From positions 15,658 to 79,657 of the forward strand of contig VBEK01000124.1 of NCBI GenBank assembly GCA_005889135.1: DNA of 64,000 nt. Direction: 5' to 3'. How positions within the stretch are numbered: position 1 is the first letter of the stretch; every line of letters starts with the position of its first letter. This DNA is from Chloroflexota bacterium. Its GTDB lineage: Bacteria > Chloroflexota > Dormibacteria > Dormibacterales > Dormibacteraceae. Position numbers and translations under genes: made by a program. Below the pieces are notes generated by a model. It was given only the letters and a program-made list of their open reading frames with translations. It was not told where the DNA came from and did no database searches. Of this stretch, positions 44,801 to 51,379 are shown in pieces.

Positions 44801-47800
44801 GGCCCAGCCGATCCAGATCGACACGGTGGGCCCCACGACCAGCATCTCCTGCAACGGCGCCGCATGTTCCAGCGGCTCCTACAACGGGCCGGTCACTGTG
44901 ACGCTGCCGGCCAGCGACAACAGCGGCGGCTCGGGGGTGAGTGCCACCTTCTACACCACGGACGGCTCATCCCCGACCACGTCAGGCGTCGTCTACGCCG
45001 GCGCGTTCACAGTGTCGAGCAGCACCACGGTCAGGTTCTACTCCATCGACAACGCCGGCAATGCCGAGTCGGTCAAGGTCCAGCCCGTCCAAATATTGGT
45101 TTTGGTGTCGATCGCGGTCACACCCGCGAGTCCGTCGATCGCGAGTGGGACCTCGGAGCAGTTCACGGCCACGGGCACCTATTCCGATGGGACGACGGTG
45201 GATGTGACCAGCTCGGCGACCTGGGTCTCGTCGAACAGCGCGGCGGCGACGATTACCGTCGGCGGACTGGCGACCGGAGCCGCCCAGGGCACCTCCCAGA
45301 TCAGCGCCAGCTTGGCCGGCGTGACCGGCAGCACCACCCTGACTGTGGGTCCGGCGGTGTTGGTGTCGATCGCGGTCACCCCTGCGAATCCGTCGATCGG
45401 CAGGGGGACGACGCAGCAGTTCGTCGCCACCGGCACCTATTCGGACGGGTCGACCCTGGACTTGACCAGCACGGCGACGTGGCTTTCGTCCAATACGGCG
45501 GTGGCGAGCATTAGCGCGGGTGGCCTGGCCACCGGAGTGGCCCAGGGCACCTCCCAGATCAGCGCCACTTCGGCCGGCGTGACCGGCAGCACCACCCTGA
45601 CGGTCGCAGCCGCGGTGTTGGTGTCGATCGCGGTCACCCCCGCGAGTCCGTCGATCGCGAGTGGGACTTCGGAGCAGTTCGTCGCCACCGGCACCTATTC
45701 GGACGGGTCGACGCTGGATGTGACCAGCTCGGCGACCTGGGTCTCGTCGAACAGCGCGGTGGCGACGATTACCGTCGGCGGACTGGCGACTGGAGTGGCC
45801 CAGGGCACCTCCCAGATCAGCGCTACATCAGGCGTGGTCACCGGCAGCACCACCCTGACGGTCGGAGCCGCGGTGTTGGTGTCGATCGCTGTCACCCCTG
45901 CGAGTCCGTCGATCGGCAAGGGAACCACGCAACAGTTCGTCGCCACCGGCACCTATTCCGATGGGACGACCCTGGATTTGACCAGCTCGGCGACTTGGCT
46001 TTCGTCCAATACGGCGGTGGCGACCATTACCGCGGGCGGCCTGGCCACCGGAGTGACTCAGGGCACCTCCCAGATCAGCGCCACCTTGGGCGCGGTGACG
46101 GGCAGCACCACCCTGACGGTCGGAGCCGCGGTGTTGGTGTCGATCGCGGTCACACCTGCGAATCCGTCGATCGCCCAAGGCAAGACGCAACAGTTCACGG
46201 CCACAGGCACCTATTCCGACGGGACGATGCTGGTCGTGACGAGCTCGGCGGCCTGGGTCTCGTCGAACAGCGCCGTGGCGACCGTTGCGGCGGGCGGACT
46301 GGCGACGGGAGCGGCCCAGGGCAGCTCCCAGATCAGCGCCACCTTGGGCGTGGTCACCGGCAGCACCAGCCTGACGGTGGGTCCGGCGGCGTTGGTGTCG
46401 ATCGCGGTGACACCAGCGAATCCGTCGATCGCCAAGGGGACCACGCAGCAATTCGCAGCCACAGGCACGTATTCCGATGGGAGCACCCAAAGCCTGACGA
46501 GCTCGGTGACATGGGTCTCCTCGAATGCGGCGGTGGCGATGATCAGTGCGGTCGGCCTGGCGACCGGAATCGCCCAGGGCACCTCCCAGATCAGCGCCAC
46601 CTGGGTGGGCGTGACGGGCAGCGCCAACTTGACGGTCGGGCCAGCTGCGCTGGTGTCGATAGCGGTCACGCCCGTGAATCCGACGATCGCCAAAGGGGCC
46701 ACGAAGCAGTTCAACGCCACCGGCACCTACTCCGACGGATCGACGGTCGACGTGACCAGCTCGGCAAAGTGGGTCTCGTCGAAAACGGCGGTGGCGACCA
46801 TAACCGCGGGCGGTCTCGCCACCGGGGTAGCGAAGGGCAACTCCCAGATCAGCGCCGCTTCGGCTGGGGTGACGAGTAAGACCACTTTGACGGTGGGAAC
46901 GGCGGTATTGGCGTCGATCACGGTCACGCCCGCGAATCCGTCGATCACCCAGGGCAAGACGCAGCAGTTCAGCGCCACCGGCACCTATTCGGACGGCAGC
47001 ACGAAGAACCTGACAACCCAGGTCACCTGGGCGTCGTCGAACACCGCAGTGGCAACCATCACGGCGGGCGGTCTCGCCACGGGAGTGTCTCAGAGCACGT
47101 CCGAGATCAGCGCCGCTCTGGGCGCGGTGACGGGCAGCACCACCCTGACGGTCGGAACGGCGGTGTTGACGTCGATCGTGGTGACTCCTGCGAATCCGAC
47201 GATCGGCAAGGGGAGCACTAGCCAGTTCGCCGCCACCGGCGCCTACTCCGATGGCAGCGCTCAAGACCTGACGCGTTCGGTGACATGGCTCCCGTCGAAT
47301 ACGGCGGTGGCGACCGTCACCGCGGCCGGTATTGCAACCGGAGTGGCCCAGGGCACGTCCCAGGTCAGCGCCAGCACGGCGGGCGTAACCGGCAGTACGA
47401 CCTTGACGGTCGGACCGGCGGTGTTGGTGTCGATCGCGGTGACGCCTGCGAATCCGTCGATCGCCAAGGGGAGCGCGAAGCAGTTCAACGCCACCGGCAC
47501 TTATTCGGATGGATCGACGTTGGATCTGACCGGCTCGGCGACATGGATATCGTCGAACACCAATGTGGCGACCACTACCGCAGGCGGACTGGCGACTGGA
47601 GCAGCTCAGGGCACCTCCCAGATCAGCGCCAGTTCGGCGGGCGCGACGGGCAGCACCACTTTGTCGGTCGGAGCCGCGGTGCTGGTGTCGATCGCGGTCA
47701 CGCCGGCGAACCAATCCGTGAAGGTCGGCGCGAGTGTCCAGTACGTGGCTACCGGAACGTACTCCGATGGCAGCACCCAGAATCTGACGACCTCCGTCAC

Positions 47801-47936
47801 GTGGACTTCGTCGAACTCCGGTGTTGCGACGATCACCTCCGGCGGAGTCGCGTCGACTCTCAAGGTAGGCAGTGCCACAATTACGGCCACCTCGGGGGGC
47901 ATCGTCGGAAGCACATCGCTCAACGTGACGAACTAG
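38868..47936 (+). CDS. Giant (~3000 aa) secreted multidomain protein: phosphoesterase + dimethylformamidase-beta-like domain + FN3/LamG modules + Ig-like repeats + CHB_HEX_C-like pair + 11 Big_2 domains
   Basis: Single uninterrupted frame. Start uncertain: GTG 38868 or TTG 38886 give a signal-like 'FPKLIGLLGTALVLSTSLAVLPASRAVMA', and the ORF opens at TTG 38733. Domain motifs are described in the findings. Confidence 0.9.
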   Translation: MQLHDQLLATTRAIRRFPKLIGLLGTALVLSTSLAVLPASRAVMAAQSSKLVVITFENQSYDSIVGSSQAPYLNHLISLGTVFTGYTAVAPLSHPNYLAMTSGLTSELSPPSPNVFQAIDASAGLSWKEYMESMTGTCGVGTTGRVPGSTDSLYTTDHDPAFAYASNTTCTVNDVPLTTSTFNPANLPSFSYVVPNECNDMHTPVSNGQPCPAYFGPNSGTSPINMGDNWLSNVVPSLLAQANVTVLITWDENDDNAPGSGPAEHIVTLEVGAGVTVGGIDGNSYNHFSLEAGLYRYFGLGAAPNNGASALPLPIPASGAPPYAGPPNAITQENSNPGTTAWKLGKAADDYNHQIEGYASATSATLGQQISFYVSVNAPQSYTMDFYRMGYYQGLGGRLMLEAANLSGVTQSTCPQNSTTGMTACNWAAGYNLTIPTSWVSGAYLVKLTSAAGYQNYINFAVRDDARNSALLYQVAFNTFEAYNNWPADAPPGSPTGQPATGKSLYEFNSSASTTSLGTTRAVQVSFDRPFSTSQGGFLDYEVNDVAWLEQQGYDVSYSSDVDTDTSGTSLLNHHGFISAGHDEYWSMAMYNAVARARDSGVNLAFLGADDVSWQVRYGASASGVPDRVLICYKSASLDPVQNNTTTVHFRDPQVNMPEQLLVGGTSAAEQLGASSATPVAYVVQNASSWVYANTGAFNGESVPNVVGYEIQAYNSSYPSPSAAAGTYQLLSSSPIVNNNNQTVFQNATIYQAASGAWVFSGASIEWGWALFNFAFPTGGQAHADYSSPFVQIMTANILNKFSAGTSPLPAAPTNLVAVPSASAITLSWTDNDPTAAYELDRSTDPGFATFSAVGLAAGATSYSDGGLSAGVYYYRLVAVGANGNSPYVSVSAATISYAALVAARPGSLAHWRLGEASGATAYDTTGTYNGTFVNAPTLGSSGAITNDPNTSVTFNGSNQRVSVPSVPTATDFSIEGWTYLTNVSVNNNTVYGGSGTARLMPRPGTGSFLSAAYAGVTLNGTEYALQPTSPSSNISTWVYWVLTRQGSLLTLYRNGVQIAQRSDLPATATANINGYIAAQNNGAYYLAGSLQDVALYTHALSSTEVRNGYAAALNGIAPTPPVLPPAAPTNFSAVPSASAVSLSWTDSDTTSSYILYRSSDPSFGTSVSITLPPGTSRYTDTGLGQGVVYYRLLAMNSGGRSPYVSASAATTSYAALVNGRTGLLGHWRLGETSGTTAWDTSGTYNGFYVNGPTLGSAGALANDPSTSATFNGTSQRVNLPSLPSAGDFSIEGWSYLTNVSVNNNTLYGSGSMQLLVRPGTGSFPSAAYAAVTLNGTLYALQPNSPASNINTWVYWVMTRQGGTLTLYRNGVQIAQRTDLPATATTSLSGYIADQTTGSYYLTGRVQDVAVYNRALSSLDATTAYTVALNGLAPTPPPTPSTPYYNVVRSEPSLIAYWRLDESTGSTANDALGRYNGSYVNGPTLGSAGAIVNDPNKSATFNGTNQRVNLPSLPSVGDFSIEGWTYLTNAAVNNNTLYGGGSTVQLLARPGTGSFPTAAYAGVTLGGTQYVLQPTSPASNINTWVYWVLTRQGGTLTLYRNAVQIAQRTDLPATASANINGYIADELGGLYYLTGGVDDVAVYSGALNPQDITSHYKDAGFGPAPAPTAPPSIAVTNLASGSTYGGNWPGSISGSASSNSGFSLVGVSAAVQDTTTGEWWGGSGFNQPGQTFVPVSSGTTSWTLAFPSANLTSGHGYVVTAQATDLVGNVGISLPVGFSYTTTPPSASVSYPTNASTHGGNWTGSITGSASSNSGFSLAGVSVAVQDLTTGEWWGGSGFDQPSQTFIPVTSGTGNWSLSLPATNLTSGHSYLVTAQATDSLGNVGASTSVVFSYISDAPTTSIACNGATCSNWYNASVSVALSTTDPGGPGVDATYFTTDGSTPTTSSTRYVGAFTVTSTSAVRFFSVDTAGNAESVKAQPIQIDTVGPTTSISCNGAACSSGSYNGPVTVTLPASDNSGGSGVSATFYTTDGSSPTTSGVVYAGAFTVSSSTTVRFYSIDNAGNAESVKVQPVQILVLVSIAVTPASPSIASGTSEQFTATGTYSDGTTVDVTSSATWVSSNSAAATITVGGLATGAAQGTSQISASLAGVTGSTTLTVGPAVLVSIAVTPANPSIGRGTTQQFVATGTYSDGSTLDLTSTATWLSSNTAVASISAGGLATGVAQGTSQISATSAGVTGSTTLTVAAAVLVSIAVTPASPSIASGTSEQFVATGTYSDGSTLDVTSSATWVSSNSAVATITVGGLATGVAQGTSQISATSGVVTGSTTLTVGAAVLVSIAVTPASPSIGKGTTQQFVATGTYSDGTTLDLTSSATWLSSNTAVATITAGGLATGVTQGTSQISATLGAVTGSTTLTVGAAVLVSIAVTPANPSIAQGKTQQFTATGTYSDGTMLVVTSSAAWVSSNSAVATVAAGGLATGAAQGSSQISATLGVVTGSTSLTVGPAALVSIAVTPANPSIAKGTTQQFAATGTYSDGSTQSLTSSVTWVSSNAAVAMISAVGLATGIAQGTSQISATWVGVTGSANLTVGPAALVSIAVTPVNPTIAKGATKQFNATGTYSDGSTVDVTSSAKWVSSKTAVATITAGGLATGVAKGNSQISAASAGVTSKTTLTVGTAVLASITVTPANPSITQGKTQQFSATGTYSDGSTKNLTTQVTWASSNTAVATITAGGLATGVSQSTSEISAALGAVTGSTTLTVGTAVLTSIVVTPANPTIGKGSTSQFAATGAYSDGSAQDLTRSVTWLPSNTAVATVTAAGIATGVAQGTSQVSASTAGVTGSTTLTVGPAVLVSIAVTPANPSIAKGSAKQFNATGTYSDGSTLDLTGSATWISSNTNVATTTAGGLATGAAQGTSQISASSAGATGSTTLSVGAAVLVSIAVTPANQSVKVGASVQYVATGTYSDGSTQNLTTSVTWTSSNSGVATITSGGVASTLKVGSATITATSGGIVGSTSLNVTN
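45099..47936 (+). repeat. Eleven in-frame 258-bp tandem repeats (Big_2 domains) running to the stop codon
   Basis: Unit starts at 45099, 45357, ... (period 258). Each encodes 'VLVSIAVTPANPSI..G...QF.ATGTYSDGST.D.TS.ATW.SSN.AVATI...GLATG.AQGTSQISA....VTGSTTLTVG'. Antisense shadow ORFs show the same 258-nt period. Confidence 0.95.
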
Positions 47937-48023
47937 GTCGAGTACTGCCGCATGGCAGTCCGGGTCCTTGAGACAACAGCAGTTGTCTAGGTGCCGCGGA
48001 CCGGTAGGCATCGATAACGCGTG

Positions 48024-48052
48024 TTGACATACGCGAGACCACGCCTTACCCT
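48024..48052 (+). promoter_or_regulatory. Candidate sigma-70-type promoter
   Basis: TTGACA-N17-TACCCT, about 120 nt upstream of the 48175 start. Confidence 0.3.
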
Positions 48053-48174
48053 GCGCCAGGCTACCGCACGCGGGCGGAGGTGCCAGGCAAACAAATCCGA
48101 AAACGGAGGCCCAGCCAATTGCCGTTGGTCGGATTTCTGCGCATCGGTCGGATCAGGTCGGGAACCGGCGCACG

Positions 48175-49722
48175 GTGAGAAGACTCTCGATGGCGACGTT
48201 CATCGGGGTTTTCGGAGCTGTGTTGGTCGCTGTGGCGGCACTTCCCAAAGAAGCTGCCGCCGGCACGATGCCGACCTTCCAGCACGTCTTCATCGTTGTC
48301 GAAGAGAACCGCTCCTACAGCGAGATCATCGGAAGCACGGCAGCCCCATACATCAACAGCCTTGTGTCGCAGAACGGTGTCGCGACCAACTATTTCGCGG
48401 TCACGCACCCGAGTCTTCCGAACTATCTCGCGCTTACTGGGGGAAGCACCTTCGGCATATCGACTGACTGCGCTCCGACGTCATGCCCCGTCAACGCAGC
48501 GAACATCGCCGACCGTGTGGAGGCGTCGGGCAGGACATGGAAGGCATATGAGGAATCGATGCCGTCGGCGTGTTATCTCAGCGACTCGGGAGAGTACGCG
48601 CCAAAACACAACCCGTTTGTCTACTACACCGACATCCAGGGCAGCGCGAGCCGCTGCCAGTCTCACGATGTGCCGTACTCGCAACTCGCCAGCGATCTGG
48701 CCTCGGACAGCACCACGCCGAACTACGTCTTCATAACGCCGAACCTGTGCCACGACATGCATGACTGCTCAGTCTCGACCGGCGACACATGGCTGCAGGA
48801 CAATCTCCCGAGCATCTTTACATCTCCGGCGTGGACCACCCAAACGTCCTTGATGCTTATCACCTGGGATGAGGATGATGGCAGCGCGAGCAACCGCGTC
48901 GCGACCCTGGTGATCGGACCAAGCGTTATCGCCGGCCACGTATCGAGCACCATCTACAACCACTACTCACTGCTCAAGACGCTCGAGCAGGACTGGAGCC
49001 TTACCGCACTGACGACGAACGATTCCAAGGCGGCTGCGATGAGTGACTTCTTCGGTGCGTCATCGCCAAGCCCCAGCCCGTCGCCATCTTCGAGCCCCTC
49101 GCCATCTTCGAGCCCCTCGCCCATCGCAACCGCTACGGTTCCTTGGTCGCCGACCGGCGTCACCGCGGTGGCGGGCAACCATTCGGCGACGGTTGCCTGG
49201 AGTGCTCCGACAAGCACCGGAGGCAGTCCGATAACGGGCTATGTCGTGGTTGCGTCCAGTAGTGCCACTATGTCGGCGGGTGCGACTCAGACGAGCGCAA
49301 AGGTGAACCATCTCAAGAATGGGGTTTCGTACACGTTCACGGTCACAGCGTTGAACGCTGTTGGCGCGAGCTCTCCATCGGCGCCGTCAAACGCGGTGGT
49401 GCCTCAACCACCCAACAACCGTACGTCGGCTGCGGGGGCTGGCACGTCGGCTCAAAGTACGCCAAGTGTGAATTCAGGCGGTCGTGATGCCACCACCGAT
49501 CCGTCCGCGACGCAGTCAACCGGCAAAGTCATCGGCGCCTCCAGCGTTCCTGACAGGGCGCTGACATCGTTCGGCCTTACCGCTGACAATGGCATTAGAA
49601 GGCTCCAGTCAAACCCAGCCGGGTCGGCAGGAGCTGGGCTCGTAATCCTATGCGCGCTTGCCTTGCTCGTTCTCTCGCGCGGGACGTCGGTTCCCCGGCG
49701 GAGAAGACGGCAGCGCCGCTGA
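48175..49722 (+). CDS. Secreted phosphoesterase (PLC/AcpA family) + Ser/Pro linker + FN3 + C-terminal TM/basic tail
   Basis: 'FQHVFIVVEENRSYSEIIGS', 'HPSLPNYLALTGG', 'PNLCHDMHDC', 'LITWDEDDG'. Linker 'SPSPSPSPSSSPSPSSSPSP'. FN3 'VTAVAGNHSATVAWSAPTSTGGSPITGY'. Tail 'GLVILCALALLVLS..RRRRRQRR'. Confidence 0.88.
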   Translation: MRRLSMATFIGVFGAVLVAVAALPKEAAAGTMPTFQHVFIVVEENRSYSEIIGSTAAPYINSLVSQNGVATNYFAVTHPSLPNYLALTGGSTFGISTDCAPTSCPVNAANIADRVEASGRTWKAYEESMPSACYLSDSGEYAPKHNPFVYYTDIQGSASRCQSHDVPYSQLASDLASDSTTPNYVFITPNLCHDMHDCSVSTGDTWLQDNLPSIFTSPAWTTQTSLMLITWDEDDGSASNRVATLVIGPSVIAGHVSSTIYNHYSLLKTLEQDWSLTALTTNDSKAAAMSDFFGASSPSPSPSPSSSPSPSSSPSPIATATVPWSPTGVTAVAGNHSATVAWSAPTSTGGSPITGYVVVASSSATMSAGATQTSAKVNHLKNGVSYTFTVTALNAVGASSPSAPSNAVVPQPPNNRTSAAGAGTSAQSTPSVNSGGRDATTDPSATQSTGKVIGASSVPDRALTSFGLTADNGIRRLQSNPAGSAGAGLVILCALALLVLSRGTSVPRRRRRQRR

Positions 49723-49807
49723 TCGGCCGCTCCTGATATTCAGACCGGTCAAGCAGTTCTCGATCCTCGATTTGCCGCTCATGACTAGATTGAAGGAGGG
49801 GGAATCC

Positions 49808-50491
49808 CTAGCCGGCCGCGACGGCGAGCAGACCCGGCGCCGGGCGGTGCAGCCGGCCTTCGCCCACGAGCCTGGCCACGACCTCGCTGCTCCCCGGCCA
49901 GCTGAACCATGACGCCACCTCCGCCTCCGGAGCCACGACCGCGGCCCTCACGCCGGCGACGATGACGTCGCCGTGTGGGTCGTCGCCGCCCCCTCGTTCC
50001 ACGACCTGATCCCACCGTCGCATGGGTGCGAAATACCAGCTGGTTGAGCTCTCGAACACAAGCCCATCGCTCACGATCGCGCCCAACCGCTCCATCCGTG
50101 TGCGCGCCTGCTTGACGCGCCTGGCGTCCCATCCCAGCTCGAGGGCGACGTCCTCGGTCATCGAGGGACCGCGCCGTCCGAGGTGATCCAGCAGCACTGC
50201 GTCGTCGCCATCGGCGGAGTCGATGGTCTGCCTGACGAGCGGGTCGACCGCACGCGCCGTCGACATCGAGAGGTACAGCGACTTACCGCGGTGCAGCTTG
50301 GTGAGCAGGGCCTCGGGACCGCGAGTCAGCTGGAATGACCAGATCCACTTCGTCTTCGGCCACAGATCGAAACCGCGGCCCGCCGGGTTAGCGGGCGCTT
50401 CGTGGCATGCCGCGAACAGGCTTGGGAGCGCGCAGTCCGGCATGCGGGTGAGCATGCCGCGCTCGGCCAGAAATCCGACGGCCTCGTCCAC
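49808..50491 (-). CDS. Hypothetical protein (possibly winged-helix), start uncertain
   Basis: ORF 49808..50671 overlaps the upstream DUF559 gene, so the in-frame GTG at 50491 was chosen. No confident family. Confidence 0.35.
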   Translation of the reverse strand: MDEAVGFLAERGMLTRMPDCALPSLFAACHEAPANPAGRGFDLWPKTKWIWSFQLTRGPEALLTKLHRGKSLYLSMSTARAVDPLVRQTIDSADGDDAVLLDHLGRRGPSMTEDVALELGWDARRVKQARTRMERLGAIVSDGLVFESSTSWYFAPMRRWDQVVERGGGDDPHGDVIVAGVRAAVVAPEAEVASWFSWPGSSEVVARLVGEGRLHRPAPGLLAVAAG

Positions 50492-50534
50492 CGTGGTGAG
50501 GGCGCGGTCAGGCGTCAGCCGGCAGAGGCGTGAC

Positions 50535-51308
50535 CTAAGCGACTCGACGTCTTGGGCCAAGCGCAATCCTGACCAGCGACACGACGACTTCAGCGCGCTG
50601 GTAGATGTCGATCGCGGTGAAGCGGAGAATGCGAAACCCCGCGTTGGCAAGGAGGTTCTGGCGACGGTCATCGGCCACCAGCCGGTCGCGGTGGTTGCCG
50701 CCGTCGTACTCGATCACCAGTCGGGCCCTTGGGTAGTACAGATCGGCCCTTCCGAGGAACCGCCCTTTGTCGTCGTAAAGGTCGGTCTGCACCTCTGGCC
50801 GCGGTAAGCGCGCACTTATCAGCAACCAGCGCAAGCGGGTCTCCATTGGAGACTCAGCGGGCTCGGCGAGCTCGATCTGACGCCTGAGTCGCCTTGACCC
50901 TGGAAGACCGGTAACGCCGCCGACGTAGCGCCGCAGCGCTGCTTTCGTCGTCCGCCGCGAACGAATCGCCATGTCGAGGGCGATGAGCGCCTCGACGGCA
51001 GGCGCGAGCACACAGATGTCACGAAGCGTGCGATGCAGGGTTGTCACACATACGCCTCCCAGGGTGATCACGTCCTCTGCGGGGAGCGCGAGGTGCCGGA
51101 CCGTCAAGGCTCGGCGCGAGCGCGTGCCGCGATTTGGCGGCACGGCGACGTCCACCTCCTCGCCTCCGAGGTCCAGCCCGTGTATCCGGGCGACCGTAGG
51201 TCCCACGAACACCGCCTCCGGTGGCAGCACACGCTGCCATTCCGCGATCTGCATGCCTGAACGATGCTCCGGCGGCAGACGGAAGTGAATCCTGCCTGTA
51301 AATCCCAT
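50535..51308 (-). CDS. DUF559 (Vsr/restriction-endonuclease-like fold) domain protein
   Basis: C-terminus 'ESPMETRLRWLL...GRADLYYPRARLVIEYDGGNHRDRLVADDRRQNLLANAGFRILRFTA'. Only the last 257 aa of ORF 50535..52043 are credible. Confidence 0.75.
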   Translation of the reverse strand: MGFTGRIHFRLPPEHRSGMQIAEWQRVLPPEAVFVGPTVARIHGLDLGGEEVDVAVPPNRGTRSRRALTVRHLALPAEDVITLGGVCVTTLHRTLRDICVLAPAVEALIALDMAIRSRRTTKAALRRYVGGVTGLPGSRRLRRQIELAEPAESPMETRLRWLLISARLPRPEVQTDLYDDKGRFLGRADLYYPRARLVIEYDGGNHRDRLVADDRRQNLLANAGFRILRFTAIDIYQRAEVVVSLVRIALGPRRRVA

Positions 51309-51379
51309 GGATTTGATCAAATCGCCGGCCCCTGCCACCCAACCAGCGCGCGATTTGGTCAAATCGCGCACGCAAGAGC

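Noticed and set aside
45099-47936. Possible CRISPR array, because of regular repeats
   Set aside because: The period is 258 nt with no repeat/spacer alternation. The whole array is one continuous reading frame encoding Ig-like domains, and there are no cas genes in the window.
45179-48011. Series of 85-aa minus-strand ORFs with 258-nt spacing, plus a 727-aa minus-strand ORF
   Set aside because: Shadows of the Big_2 tandem repeats. Their periodicity simply mirrors the coding repeat.
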